This document shows positions 40,440 through 54,316 of a stretch of DNA of 64,000 bases, piece by piece; within the stretch, counting starts at the first letter, position 1, and every line of letters begins with the position of its first letter. The notes beneath the pieces were generated by a model. It saw only the letters and a list, made by a program, of their open reading frames with translations, made no database searches and was not told the origin of the DNA. The stretch covers positions 102,796,001 through 102,860,000 of the forward strand of contig OZ024743.1 of the NCBI GenBank assembly GCA_964016885.1, in the 5' to 3' direction. A program made the translations under genes and the position numbers. The DNA is from Eledone cirrhosa. Taxonomy: Eukaryota.

Positions 40440-42500
40440 CAATACTTCCCTCATCATCTTGACTTTCCTCTTCGCTACCTATGTTATTATCCACGTCACC
40501 GCCACTATCTCTGTAGTTAGTACTATTATATCCTATGGCGTGCGGGGTAGTACCATTATCACTCCGCACGCCACAGCGCCTTCTGTTGCCGCCTCGTGAC
40601 CCCTACCGGTCCACAGGATGCTCCCCAGTCTCGCCGCGGTTATGTCGGTTACGTCTGTTGGAGCTGCCGCCAACACTGTCGGGTGCTGCAAGGGAAACGT
40701 TAAGGCTATTAGGGTTGCTGTCAAGTCTAGACTTATCGCTGCTATGGTGCCGTGCTTTGGTGAGCCTACTGTAATTAGTTATCCCTATGATGTCTGCTAG
40801 ATTAAGTGTAGTGGAGAAGATATTTTAATTTTGTTCTTATTGAGGATTTTCCTGTACTTATGGTTGGGTGGGAAATTCTTCTCTAAGGTTTCGAAGAATA
40901 TCCTGGGTAAGTCAGAGGCCACACTCCAAGAGTAGGGAGGATAGAACCATAGGACATTATGTTGGCGGCTACGCGTAGCGCTGGGCTTAATACGGTCGTG
41001 TTGGCTAGGTAACCGTTCTTATTGTTGCTACTGTGCTGGAGCCTACTGTGCGTACCCTTCGCTTTATGCTCGGGTGCACGCGTCTTCCTTCCGTTATGTT
41101 TACGTGTAGCTAAACGCCGGTTGGGGGGTGTAGGTAATAGGCCATCGCTATTGTTAATCTTATAGGTAGGGAATAATTCTAGTAGGCTACAGCAGCTACC
41201 GTTGCCCGTATCATGACCCTAATTATGCGGTAGGTCTTCTACACCACCACCGATGTAGTTAATGCTACGGCCGTGTTTCTTAGTGCGATTCTCTATACTA
41301 TAGTTATTGACTCTATCATGAGCGCTGCGTATTCGGTTATAGGTATGGCTTACTATAACATTAGTCCTATGATGCGTTAAGGAGGTAGAAGATTCTTCGG
41401 TTATATCCGACATCTACGAAGGCTTTATTGTAGTAGTCGGCCGCTTGGCTGAAGATATCCTCGTTGGCGGAAAGCCTCGAGATCGTATGGAATATGCTAT
41501 ACACTATGGAGTTGAGAGTAGACTTGGGGTGGTTGGATGCATAATTAATATATGATAGAATCTCGCCGGGCTTATGGTATGGCTTGTAGAGGCCCGTACC
41601 CAACTCCAGGATCACGTCCAGGAAGTTGACTGGTGGTTGAGGTCTATAGTTACGGATAGGCCGTATGACTTGAAGAACCTGTGTATGTGCTTGTTAAGGT
41701 TCTCGATCCTGCGGGAGCTATGGTTTCTAACGGTAAATAGGGCGTCGTCCCTATACACACCTAAGTCTATGGAGGAGGTATATTCCAACCAGGTCGGTCG
41801 CTTGTGCCGAGTCGCTGGACCCCCATCGTGATATCGAAGTTATCAGGGCGGTTGGTTCTGGTCCAATGGGAACCCTCAAACTGGATAATAGTTCTGCGCG
41901 CTGCTATTACTATATCTATCCCTTTTTTAGTGAGGGTGGTGTTAGATCTAGCTAAAATAAAGGCCTTGTTTAAGAGTATGCAGGAGATAGAGGCATAGTA
42001 GCTGTCTATGTCAAACTGGATGAACTTTAGAGTTGTCTTATCAGGCAACTCGGTGAACCAATTAATGACCTGGTCGGTGTTGCTCCAGAGACAGACCTTG
42101 GTTTTGCTATTAAGTTCAAGTATTACTCTATCGAGGATCACTTTACTTATCTTACCTATATCTGATGTAGCGGGACATATTAATCTAATAGAGGGGCTTT
42201 CATTAAAGTTACATTTGTGATCCTTAAGAGAGAATCTAGGTGTCATAGGGACGTATGGGTTAGTATACTTATCTATGTCTAAGCTAGTCACTATATCCTT
42301 CCCTACTCTATTAATGTCATTTAAGGTACTAATGGGTGTTTTTTTAATAATTTTTGTGTAATTCGTTATAAATGAATTGTTTGTAATTGCTCATGTCGAT
42401 CTTATACAGCTTCTTGGTTTTGTCAGAGGTAACGAAGATGTGTGGGTCATTCTTGATCTTAGTGATGAGCGCGTCCAGGGATGTTAAGAATGGATTACTT
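40440..42500 (-). pseudogene. Penelope-like reverse transcriptase (Naiad-like), disrupted
   Basis: SDKT, SLKDHKCNF…IRLICP, FIQFDI, FDITMG, YRDD, FLDV, SNHP, later WFYPPYS…NKNKIKIS. Confidence 0.88.
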
Positions 42501-42760
42501 AACTAAATATCTGTACACCAACTATTCCTCTCAGATCCGGCCTGACTGGGCAATAGTAAAGTAGCCCGCCATAAAATAGTAATGGAAAACAACCATCATG
42601 CGAGCGGATAATAAGCCATTTGGGGACATTTATTCAAACACCGGCCAGAGTTACTCTGTGAGAATAACAACATGTCTGTTTGAATCAAGAATGAACTTTG
42701 ATGTGACTATCACTTTAAAACCCCTTCTGTGTTCTGTACTGAACACTCTCTAGACTTGTA

Positions 42761-42801
42761 TGCCCTTGAAAAGCCCTGTTGTGGCGAAACGTACGTAGGT
42801 G
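42761..42801 (+). ncRNA. Hammerhead-like motif with variant core
   Basis: tgcc CTTGAAAA gcc ctgttgt ggc GAAAC gtac GTA ggtg; palindromic ACGTACGT. Confidence 0.6.
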
Positions 42802-42852
42802 CTTTTGTATAAACATGTTCTAACAGTATGTATTGTCCTTTGTAATCCTTTC

Positions 42853-42941
<89 letters not shown>

Positions 42942-43099
42942 CGTGTGTGTGTGCGTGTGTGTGTGTGTGCGTGCGTATGTATGTATGTACCCGCAACTCT
43001 ACACAGCCATCTTTAAAAAAAAGCGCCAAATTAATTAATGTTGTCATGGGTTAAATATGCTTGAAATGTATACAGTATTTATGTATTGGATCTCCATCA

Positions 43100-43285
43100 A
43101 TTTCAACGATAAGTGTCCAGCTGATTCTATTAACGGCACAAATACGACTCATTTTTTCTAGTTGCGTGGACTGGAAAGATTTCAAATGAAGTGTCCTGGT
43201 CAAGAATACTGCTAACCGACCGGAATCGAACTCACACCCTTATGCTCGTGAGCCGAACACTCTAGCCACTAAGCCGCGCACCTAC
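43100..43285 (-). mobile_element. tRNA-derived SINE (second family)
   Basis: gcggcttagtggctagag…gagttcgattcc head; related to 9255-9490. Confidence 0.7.
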
Positions 43286-43866
43286 ATAGTATTCCAGTTA
43301 TATGTAGGCATCCATAAGTTTTGTGATGTATACACAAAGGAGCGTGTCTAAAAAAAATTAACGAGTTGTTCAACACCACCATCACCAAAGCAACACTACG
43401 AACAACAACATTCCCAATATCACCAATACCATCACCACCACCACAGCCAGTACCACTGTAACAACTAACATTACCACATTACGTACAGCGTCTCACTCAC
43501 GACCACCACATCATTAACCACCTTAAACACCACCAACACCACCCGTATCTTTACTACCAAAACACTATCACTAACAATAACATTACTCTCACTATTATCA
43601 ACAGCAATACCAATATTACCACCACCATTACCGTCACCACCACAACAATCATCATCACCAGAACAAACAACACTACAACTACCACTGCCCTCGTCAGCTA
43701 CTACAAGCACCATCACTAACATCGCTCCAAAGCACCATCCCCAACCATAAATATCACGATCACCATCGCAATCATTAACACTACCTACACAGCTACTATC
43801 ACCACTAAACCATTACCATTTCAAATAAACTCCCCCTTTTCCTCCTCCATTCTTCTCCATCTCCCT

Positions 43867-43928
<62 letters not shown>

Positions 43929-44589
43929 CCCCATTCTCCCTCCACCTCCTTCTCATCATGCTCCTCCTCATCATCACCATCATTTACTACCACTACACTG
44001 CAGTCAGTGCAATGCAGCAATGTCTCACAGTGATTGCAATAAAACATTGTAAATAGATAGATTTTTTTTTAGTTAAGTGTCAGAAATAAATTGAAGTAAA
44101 TTACATTCATATGACCCAATAAATTGCTAACATCTGTTGTAGTTATTGTGGTTTAGTTGTAGGCTAACTCTGAGTAAGATAAACTGTGGTCAAATATATT
44201 CCTCCCATGAACTTATCAACCACTGAACTAGAACATCCAGTGTGTCCATCCTTTTGTTAATTAACCAGTAACTCAAATGGAGACACAGGAGCATCATGTT
44301 GACATAAGTCAATCCCATCGTCTCTCTAGGTCAAAATACATTGGATTTCTTCCAGGGAAAAGGTGAAAGAGGAATCAAGAAAAAAGATTTAGAGTATTAA
44401 TCGACCCTAGTGCCGATCTTGTACTTTTTAATTGACCTCGAAATGATGAAAAATAAAGTTGATCTCGGCAGGATGTTGTACTGAAAGAGGGCAGAGGATC
44501 GGAACGAATATGGAAAAGCATTCAGTTACATAGACAATATTGCTGGGCTTGTACTTATTTATCGACTCCAAAAGAATGAAAGGCAACCA

Positions 44590-46255
44590 TTTTTTCGTTC
44601 ACTCGTTTCTTAAAGCACGCGCATTACCTCTGACAATGCAACTTCCGTGTTTCGCATTGAAGAAATGGTCTAATGCCATTCTCGCCGCTAGCACGTCAGT
44701 GGCAATGCCACTACAAATAGTTTCGTCTAATTTAGCTACTAGCTACCCCCTCATTTCTATTTTTCTTTAACGCTACACTTTTGCTAAAACCTATCGATAT
44801 TACTCTAATCTCTATTTGGAGAGCAACCCACTACCTGTTGTTGGCGAACTCCTGTCAAGCTTTGCTTAACTAAATTGTTGACCTGGTGCCTGTAAGCCTT
44901 AATTGCCGAAAACGACATGTTCAGCTTCCAGTAACCAAGTCATAATCTCCGTGTCTTGCATGGGTTGACCATACAGATCACAAACGTGTTATCTTAATAG
45001 GCAACCGTTTGAAAGTGTGGACAACCTACACTATCCTTATCAATTGACCAAATAAAAACACCTATCTGAATACAATCTATATGACACTATGTGGTTGGTG
45101 CAGGTCCACACTGGTGCATTGTGGAAAACTAGTCGGTACCTGTCAGACAGTTGGAACAGCTGATCAAGCACTTGAGGCTTTTGCACCCCCGCTCCTATCA
45201 GCTACTCCCACACAATCCCAGCATGCGTCTAAGATACCGTTTCAGTCAACTGGTAACAGTAAAGGGCAAGAGGTTACCAGAATTTCTTCCAGGTGCCTAT
45301 TGAAATCCGTCTTCCCGGCCCCGGTCGAGGCGTCGATGGCCACTATTCTAAAGGCACCATCTTCGCTATTACTACGTTCAGGGCCACCAAATTATCGTCC
45401 GGGTCCCGGAAAATCGACCTTACCTCGAGATCTACGCCTTACCTAAACACCACTACTGTTGTTGTGGAAGTGTTCTCCTCTCCACCACTTCTATAGCCTC
45501 TTCCGGGACGTTTAAATTAGCGCGGGTTTGGTCTTGTTTAACGAGTTTCCATGCTTGGGTCAACTTTTTCTCTTTTTGGCTGAGGTCCAGCAACGAAAGA
45601 GTTCTTGTTGTTTGTGTTGCTGGTCACATTGTTGTTGGTGTTTGTCGTTGCAGTTAATGGTGTTGTCGTTGTTGCTTTCACTCCTCTTTAAGTTGCTCTT
45701 GTTATTGGTGTTGTTGTTAATCGCTGTTGCAGCTGCTGTTGTTGTTCTTGGTGCAGTCGTTGTTTTCGTTGTTGCAGTTGGTGTTTGTGTCGTTATTTTT
45801 GCTTTCTTTGTTGCTCTTGGAGCTGTTGGGGTTGTTGCTGCCGTTACTCTCTTCACCGGCTCCGTTGTTGCTGTTGGTGCTGTCGTTGTCCATGTTGTTA
45901 GTGGTGGTTTTGCTAATTTCGTTTCTGTATGTAGTGTTTGTAAATCATTTTTGTGTGACTATAATTGCGCTTATTGTGTACTTCCTCTCAATTTTTAAGT
46001 CGCTATCCCGAGACGGCAGACTTAATGTTGGGGAACATGTCTCGTTCATATTTTTTTTTAATGAGAAAAATATATAAAGTTCATATATTTGGGCCAAAAC
46101 CCCAAATATTATAACGTCTCCCCTTCACAGGGCAAAGACGGAAGACCTACGATACCTTTTGAAATATAATAATTAATACAAATAAAAAAAAAAGCTGAAA
46201 ATTTACCACTTTGCGGAGCTCACAAAAACACGTTTTCACTGCCTGACAGCCAATC
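44590..46255 (-). mobile_element. Older, internally deleted L1/Tx1-like copy
   Basis: 44600-45350 aligns by eye to 31400-32110; Thr-rich ORF1 remnant; same 5' motif ttgcggagctcac next to (TAA)n. Confidence 0.75.
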
Positions 46256-46578
46256 ATAATAATAATAATTGTTTCTACTTTTGGCACAAGGCCAGTGCAT
46301 TACTGGTACTTTATTTTATCGAATCCGTAAGGATGAAAGGCAAAATTAGCCTCGGCGGGATTTGATAATAATGCTTTCTTTATTTATTTCTTTATTTATT
46401 TCTTTATTTATTATTTATTTATTTATTTGATAATAATAATAATAATAATAATAATAATGTCTACAATAGGCACAATGCCAGCAATTTGGGGAGAGGGGAA
46501 AGTCGATTAAATCGAGCCCAGTGCATTACTGGTACTTTATTCTATCGACCCCGTAAGGATGAAAGGCAAAGTTAAGCT
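46256..46578 (-). mobile_element. Two partial SINE-A copies in (TAA)n
   Basis: 3' halves of the consensus. Confidence 0.85.
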
Positions 46579-47291
46579 CATAATAATAATGTACTCAAAA
46601 TCATTTGAACTAAATAGCTTTTAGTTTTTACGCATGAGTTTCCACCAATCACGATTCATAATGGATTAATCATAATAATTGTTGCTATTAAAAGAAAGTA
46701 TTATTGTTACAGCTATTATTATTGTTCTTGTTCTTGTTATAATTAATAGGTTTCTTGAGAATGAAAATGTATGATGAAAGTAGATTGTGCAATCAGGACT
46801 GATTTTGCTATTTATATAATCAAATCGTCAGTTTGTTTTAAATCAATAAATCATAAATGATTATAGAAATCATTTCGTGAAATTAATTGTTTGAGATATT
46901 ACAAAAAGAGATTGACAAAAATAATGGGTGATCTCTGTATATGACATAATTTTATTTAAATACTCGATATTATTGATAAATCATTTATTAGTATTGCTCT
47001 TTGTGGATATTGCCTTGTTTTGATTTGATATTATTCTTCATTTTACAATATTTGTCATATCTTATCATATATAACACTAAAGGAGATACTGGTTAAATTC
47101 ATATGTTACTGCAAACCCTTTTAAAAGAAAATGCCATCATCAATATATTTTTATTTAAACGCAATTGAAAACCATTATCAACATATGGCCGGCGGTTTAA
47201 AAACCTCAACATTTAATTTAAGATTTCATGTAAGTATGCGATATTGTTAGACAGAACTTACTTTTGCTTTTAAAATGGTATAATCCTGATG

Positions 47292-47377
<86 letters not shown>

Positions 47378-47599
47378 AGATCAAGCTTATACCACTTTTA
47401 AACCAATAAAACCATTATTTAGCAGAGTACTCGATACTTAGGATAGTAGAGTGTAAATATAGTAGATAGTCAGAGTCCGAAGGCTGAACTCTTACCGATT
47501 CGAGAGCAAATTCCAGACTCAGTAATTTGCCGTCGAAACAGCAAGTGCTCAGCAGTCGGACCCTGACTCTCTACAATATATATATATACTTTATAATTA

Positions 47600-48250
47600 T
47601 GTACAGCCATCATAGTATTTTTAGCATCATAGTATAAATGTTTCCCGGTGGTTATAATTAAAGGTGTTCTGCTTAAATCTATTATTCTTTGCAAAAATCT
47701 TAGATTTATGATTTGAGCAGGCTGACGTTCGATATGTTGTTAAAGTTATGACAATGGGTGGTTGCTCTATTACTGCATTTATTACTTTCACGCCTATTGT
47801 TTTCGTAATATGTGTGTTCAACATGGTTGGAGGTTGTACTGTTAATATTATTATTTCCTGTAAAATGTTTGTTCCCGTAATTTGTGCGTGGTATATTACG
47901 TCTATTTTCCCTGGGTTTGTGATTATCGCTATAATTACTAATTATTTTCTTAGTCTTATAGAGAAGCGAACAATTGTTCAGTTTAAGTGCATTTTTATTC
48001 TTCAAATTGGACCTAAGTAGAGTCATAATATGCAAGATAATGTTGTTATAATTTTTGCAGCCTCCCTGAGGGTTATCTATACAGTATACACGATTTTATC
48101 GTTATAACCAATCCTTTGTAGTGCCTCATTATAATATTGAGCGTTTTGATCAAAGCTGTATATATAATATGCTTATTTACTTGTAATAATGTTATCTGGT
48201 ATATTTGGCTATATCTATATCCTAAGGTTCTTCTATGAAAATACTAGTTA
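47600..48250 (-). pseudogene. PLE RT-thumb and Asn-rich linker fragment
   Basis: FDQNAQYYNEALQRIGYNDKIVY matches FSQAADYYNKAFVDVGY (41400) and FNDHSTYYNEALAWSGF (63940). Confidence 0.65.
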
Positions 48251-48331
48251 TTTCAAAAGCTAGATTGGATCAGTCTTACATATAAGAAAACAAAAGGAAA
48301 TCATGAAAGAAGTACCATTATTATTATTCAT

Positions 48332-48932
48332 TCGGTGGATTGGCAGTATCGGTAGAGGGTCGGACGCCATGCTTTCCAGCATAGTTACGTCCCTTTACGG
48401 TCTGAGTTCAAATCCCGCCGAGGTTGACTTTGCCTTTCATCCTTACGGGGTCGATAAAATAAAGTACCAGTAATGCACTGGTAATTGCTGGCCTTGTGCC
48501 TAAAGTAGAAACAATTATTATTCATTTAACCCAAATTATTGATAAATTATTTACTACAACGCTAAATGTGCACATAGTAAATAATTGGACCTTATTTCCT
48601 CCGTTTGTTTCATTTAATCTTACCAATATTTTACCTTGGTCAACTCACTCCCTCTTACCTCGACCAAATTACAACTGTTTAGGAAAGCAAGTGGTATCCG
48701 TGAAACTTGAAAGTGTGCAATCACTTAATAATGGTTTCTTATATAGGCACAAAGCCAGCAATTTGGGAGGAAGGGAAAGTCGATTAAATCGACCCCAGTG
48801 CGTGACTGGTACTTTATTTTACTGACCCCGTAAGGATGAAAGGCAAAGTTAACCTCGGCGGAATTTGAACTCAGATCGTAAAGGGACGTAACTATGCTGG
48901 AAAGCATGTCTGACCCTCTACCGATACTGCCA
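48332..48932. mobile_element. Inverted pair of SINE-A copies (48332-48520 plus; 48726-48932 minus)
   Basis: Near-consensus copies about 200 bp apart in opposite orientation. Confidence 0.92.
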
Positions 48933-49040
48933 AAATAATAATATTTGATTCGTTTGCAATTATTCAAACAGTCTCTTTTATAAGCTATGTCAGTAGAATG
49001 AGCCCCTCATTCTCGCTCTTGTGTTGGCATGCAAACAGAA

Positions 49041-49085
49041 CTGCAGACATTAACATTTCTGGGTGATTACCCTTCATCAGCGCAG
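49041..49085 (-). ncRNA. Hammerhead ribozyme candidate
   Basis: ctgcg CTGATGA a gggt aatc accc a GAAAT gttaat GTC tgcag. Confidence 0.62.
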
Positions 49086-49619
49086 ATACGTTCAACAGAT
49101 AATACAGCATTTATTTGATCTACACGTGTTTCATTCCCTTTGTATTACAACACTAGTAAATACTACTATAGTTTCACTAATGACAGACATATATTATACT
49201 AACACCAGAATAGGGCTGCTGGTAATACCAGGTAGAACAACTATTATGAAAAGTACCGTTAAATAATTCTGGCAATTCTAACCGTCCATAATCTTAGAAA
49301 AAAATTGTTTACAATTTACGCCGAAAGCATGCGGTTAAGGAATGCATCGATCGGTAATTAACACTCTCAATGTTTCTGAAAGTTTCTATATAATATTATG
49401 AGTAATATCCAAAGGGGAATGAAACATGTGTAGATCAAATAAATAATGTATTAACTGTTGAACCTTGGTGACTTATTCATTTGTTCGTATATGCTCTGTG
49501 ATTTAGATCTAAGAATGACCGAAATATACCCCTGGATTTACCTCTGAAATAAACCACATTTGAGCTTTACATAAATATCTAAACGCCTTACTTCTGTTAT
49601 ATCAAGTTATAAAATTATA

Positions 49620-49682
<63 letters not shown>

Positions 49683-49689
49683 TATTACC

Positions 49690-50308
49690 GAGCATTATAA
49701 TAAATGTTCGGTAAACCCATACGTACATATATATATGTGTGCATGTATGTATATATATATACATACTACTGTACGTCTGTATACATATATGTATGTACGT
49801 ATACATACTTACATTTAAGTACCAGCCGTACTAAGAGTGAGAAATGAAATTTCGTTTCATTCTTTTCCATTTATCGTTTTCGGTGCGCCCGGCCGACTAA
49901 CTCACTCGATATGCAAATTATGCTGCTCAGCCGTTAATATGCATAAGGAAAGTATATGCTTTCAGACGTTCAACCATCTGACAGAAAGGTATACGATGCT
50001 GACGATAGCTAATAAGTTTGAAACTAGTACATCGTTCTTGTGTCAGTGTTGAACAAAAAGGTGACGATGGTTGCCTGAACACTGTACGGCGTAATTCGGG
50101 CTGTTTGTTTGTTTACAAACAAACTGAGCATTATAATAAATGTTCGGTAAACCCATACGTACATATATATATGTGTGTGGATGTATGTATATATATACAT
50201 ACTACTGTACGTCTGTATACATATATGTATGTACGTATACATACATACTTACATTTAAGTACCAGCTGTACTAAGAGTGAGAAATGAAATTTCGTTTCAT
50301 TCTTTTCC

Positions 50309-50314
<6 letters not shown>
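49690..50314 (+). mobile_element. Partial tandem repeat (436-bp period) with HHR; retrozyme- or pLTR-like
   Basis: 49690-49874 is repeated directly at 50126-50314; (TA)n flanks; HHR between the repeats. Confidence 0.75.
49993..50035 (+). ncRNA. Minimal type I hammerhead ribozyme
   Basis: acgatg CTGACGA t agct aata agtt t GAAA ctag TA catcgt; stem I extendable by ctgaca/tgtcag and gttcaac/gttgaac. Confidence 0.8.
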
Positions 50315-50403
<89 letters not shown>

Positions 50404-51329
50404 TGTGTGTGTTCACAGAAAGTAAGGTACTCAATACATAGCAAAGTATATATATATACTCTCTCTGTATTTACCATTTATCGCGTTCTTCTTTGATTTG
50501 TGTTCTTTCCTGTGCCAGTACTCAAGACTATAAATGTATTTATATAAAGAGGAGGAGAAAGATATATAGAGAGGGGAAGGAAAGAATGAGGGATAGAAAG
50601 AGAAAGATAGTGAACATCTTAAAGTAAAGAATGTGTATGTGTATATGTGTGTTTTCAACTCAATCAAGCGTAGTAAACGAAAGATAATCTGAAAATAGGT
50701 TAGCATATGATAGATTAAAATGTATTTTAGTCATGAAAACTTACTGAATCATTATATATGTTGAGAGCTATATAAAATGACAAAAGTGCCTACAAAATAA
50801 ATTGAAATGAAACTATATATACATTGATCTGTGTGATTACGTACCTATGTGTCTATCAGTCAATATAGTATATGTGAATGTGTGGGTTTCTCTTAGTGTA
50901 TTCGTATCTATCTACCAATAGGTTAATATGTTGGTATTATGTAGGATGTATTACGTCAGTTGACTGGATATTTTGTAGGTGACCCTTCTATTATGGAAGC
51001 TGTTGGTCTTTAGCTATAACCATCCTTTAAACACTTCGTATTATATACATATGTCAATTCTCGTGGTTAATAAAGAAAACATTATATACATATGTATATA
51101 TCTTTATGTATATCAGTTTTCTGCTGCCATGTTCTGAATTTTTTTTAAACGGCAACTTAAGAGCGATAAAAATATATGCAACTCCAAACTAGTGTCTTCA
51201 ATTAATATTTTTATGAAAGGATTTTATCACCAAATATAAGGATCTATAAAGCGCAAGGTAACCACCCAACATCATTTTTAACATACACCATCTAATTCAC
51301 ATTATAGTGGTTCTCGAATGAAACATTAC

Positions 51330-52300
51330 TTACTGCACTTTATACGTTTAACACTTTTTAGTAAAAGCTAGTCTGTATTTCGTGGTCTGAAATATTGTGA
51401 AATCCTCAAACAACTTTAAATTGTCATTTTCAACAACACTTTCTGGTTGGTTTCGATACCATTTACCGCTCATTTAAAATCGTCGTTGGCGCAATATGAC
51501 CCAGTACAGAGCTCTAGTTACACAATCATGGCGTCGCTTAGAAAGTTTCAGTGCCAAGCAACTACAGCCCCTTACGATGTGGTCAACTCACTCATCCTTC
51601 TCATTTCATATTCTGAAATTAGGATTCTCACTCCATTGGTCTATCGTCGTCTTAATAAGATTAATCCATAGATTGGGCATCTATGATTAGACGTCCATTC
51701 TCTTTCTTCAACTCACCCGTTTTTAGCCATAATCAGGATTTCTCATTAAAACCTATCGATTCTTTAGTTTGTTTGAAATATTGTCCAGAGAGGTTTTTTC
51801 CCCAAGTAATTTTTCCCTTTCTCCTTTCATTTTCCTATTCAATGCTTTTGCAATACCAACTTCCACTTCACTGGGACTTTTGCTGCAGATAATTTTTTCT
51901 GAACTTTCCATCACATATTCTCCCAGGTTACGTTCTGAGATATCACAATCTTCTATGAAAATTAACCATCTCCCTTCTTCTTTTTTTTTTTCGAGATATA
52001 GTCTATCCACACTGTCTCTTGGATGAAATGCTCTGTATATTGTCGTAGGTTTTCTTGTCTTTCTATTAATCTAATCTTGAATAACACACGAATGCAGCAA
52101 AGTATCTGAATAGAGATACTGCCCAGGTGTTAATTACTGTGATACGTTTTCCTCCATTTATTTTAGAAATCAATACTTTCTTTAGACTCCTAAAATATTC
52201 TCATTTAACATATTCTTCTATCTCTTCACATAGTACTTTGCTTGCCTCTGAAATACCCAGGTACTACTTTCAACTTTCACCCTCTCTAATCAGCTTAAAA
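51330..52300 (-). pseudogene. Old R4/Dong-like LINE fragment
   Basis: HPRDSVDRLYL…EGR…IEDC and a KYLG-like region. Confidence 0.65.
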
Positions 52301-52549
52301 AAATATGGATCTCAAAACTGACTGGGCCATACTCAAACACGCGCCCCATACGAAATCAGACGCCAGGAATGCGTGGAAATTATAGAACTAGCGCGTAATA
52401 GACTAAATACGATACCTGAGGTTATCATGGGCTGCAAGCACCAACGTATGAACTTGTTTGCAAGCTGCAATATCCCCGTCGCCAAAGAACAAAGTAACCT
52501 AAAATAATACAAATGGGTTCCATATTCACACGACGAGCAGGTATATATA

Positions 52550-52800
52550 CACACAACTATCGTAACCATGTAGTTCCATACTATTGTTGATGTATGGTCT
52601 CTGCATGTCTATAATTATAGCTTCCTTAATTCGTAAATTCTCCAAACACCGAGATGCCAAGGCACCACCAAAGAGAGCAAGGAGACCACGCGCCCATAGG
52701 AATAGCATATGCTGTTTAAAGCTTTCGCATTTCAAAGAGAGAACAACCACTGCCATCCGACAAGCTATCCGTATGGGGGGTCTAAAAATATAACAGGAGC
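52550..52800. pseudogene. Possible Penelope/Poseidon-type GIY-YIG C-terminal fragment
   Basis: Minus strand LRIKEAIIIDMQRPYIN resembles the KEAxxI…PxLN motif. Confidence 0.45.
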
Positions 52801-53106
52801 AAAGTGGCTATTATCACTGTTCTACGTATATGCAATCCACACACATATCATAGGAAAGGTTCGTGAGAACAGAACGCCTCATTTTTCTATATTCGTTTGA
52901 AAAGAAGGTATTTCTTTTGAAATATAATTAAGAAATGTGTTTGGTAAAAACGTTATTTTGTTTTGTTTTGTCATAATTTTACCCCAGTACAGTATTTATA
53001 TTTCTATCCGCATTCTACCGGCTTTCCAAACACCTTAACATTTATTAGATATATAGATATTTCTATATAGTATCAGGTAAAATATCTGAATATAAACATG
53101 TGTGTG

Positions 53107-53718
<612 letters not shown>

Positions 53719-53790
53719 CATATATTATGGACTAAAATGACAAGAAGCCGGACAGGTTGTATTTATTCTCTTAATTATTTATTCCTGCAG

Positions 53791-53848
53791 ACACTATGTT
53801 CATTTCAGTGGCCAGGTTACGTATAAACCTGGTGACATCATCAGGTGT
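53791..53848 (-). ncRNA. Type I hammerhead ribozyme
   Basis: acac CTGATGA tgt…ccaggtt/aacctgg…act GAAAT gaac ATA gtgt. Confidence 0.72.
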
Positions 53849-53999
53849 ATATTGCATAACAGTTGTATACCAATGAAATTATGGTAACACATTCCAAAAA
53901 GCTTTCAGGAAATAAACAAAGAAGGAAAAAAAGAAACAAAGAAAAAATGAGTTGTTTTTTTTTACTCAAATGCGATCGAGGTATGTATGTACGTATATG

Positions 54000-54035
<36 letters not shown>

Positions 54036-54316
54036 TGTATGTATGTATGTATGTATGTATGTATGTATGTATGTATGTATATGTATATAAATATGTATGT
54101 ATATGTATATATATATATATATATAAGTATATGTGTATGTATTTATATGTATATATATATATACATATATATATATGTATATATATATGTATATATATAT
54201 GTATGTATATATATGTATATATATATATATATGTATATATATGTATATATATGTATGTATATATATATAAATGTATATATATATATGTATGTATATATAT
54301 GTGTATATATATATTG

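Noticed and set aside
43370-44047. Thr/Pro- or Val/Gly-rich ORFs as a host exon
   Set aside because: Degenerate (CAC/CAA)n and (CT)n low-complexity sequence
46600-47230. KYIDDG-like RT motif on the minus strand
   Set aside because: Too decayed to support beyond a single short motif
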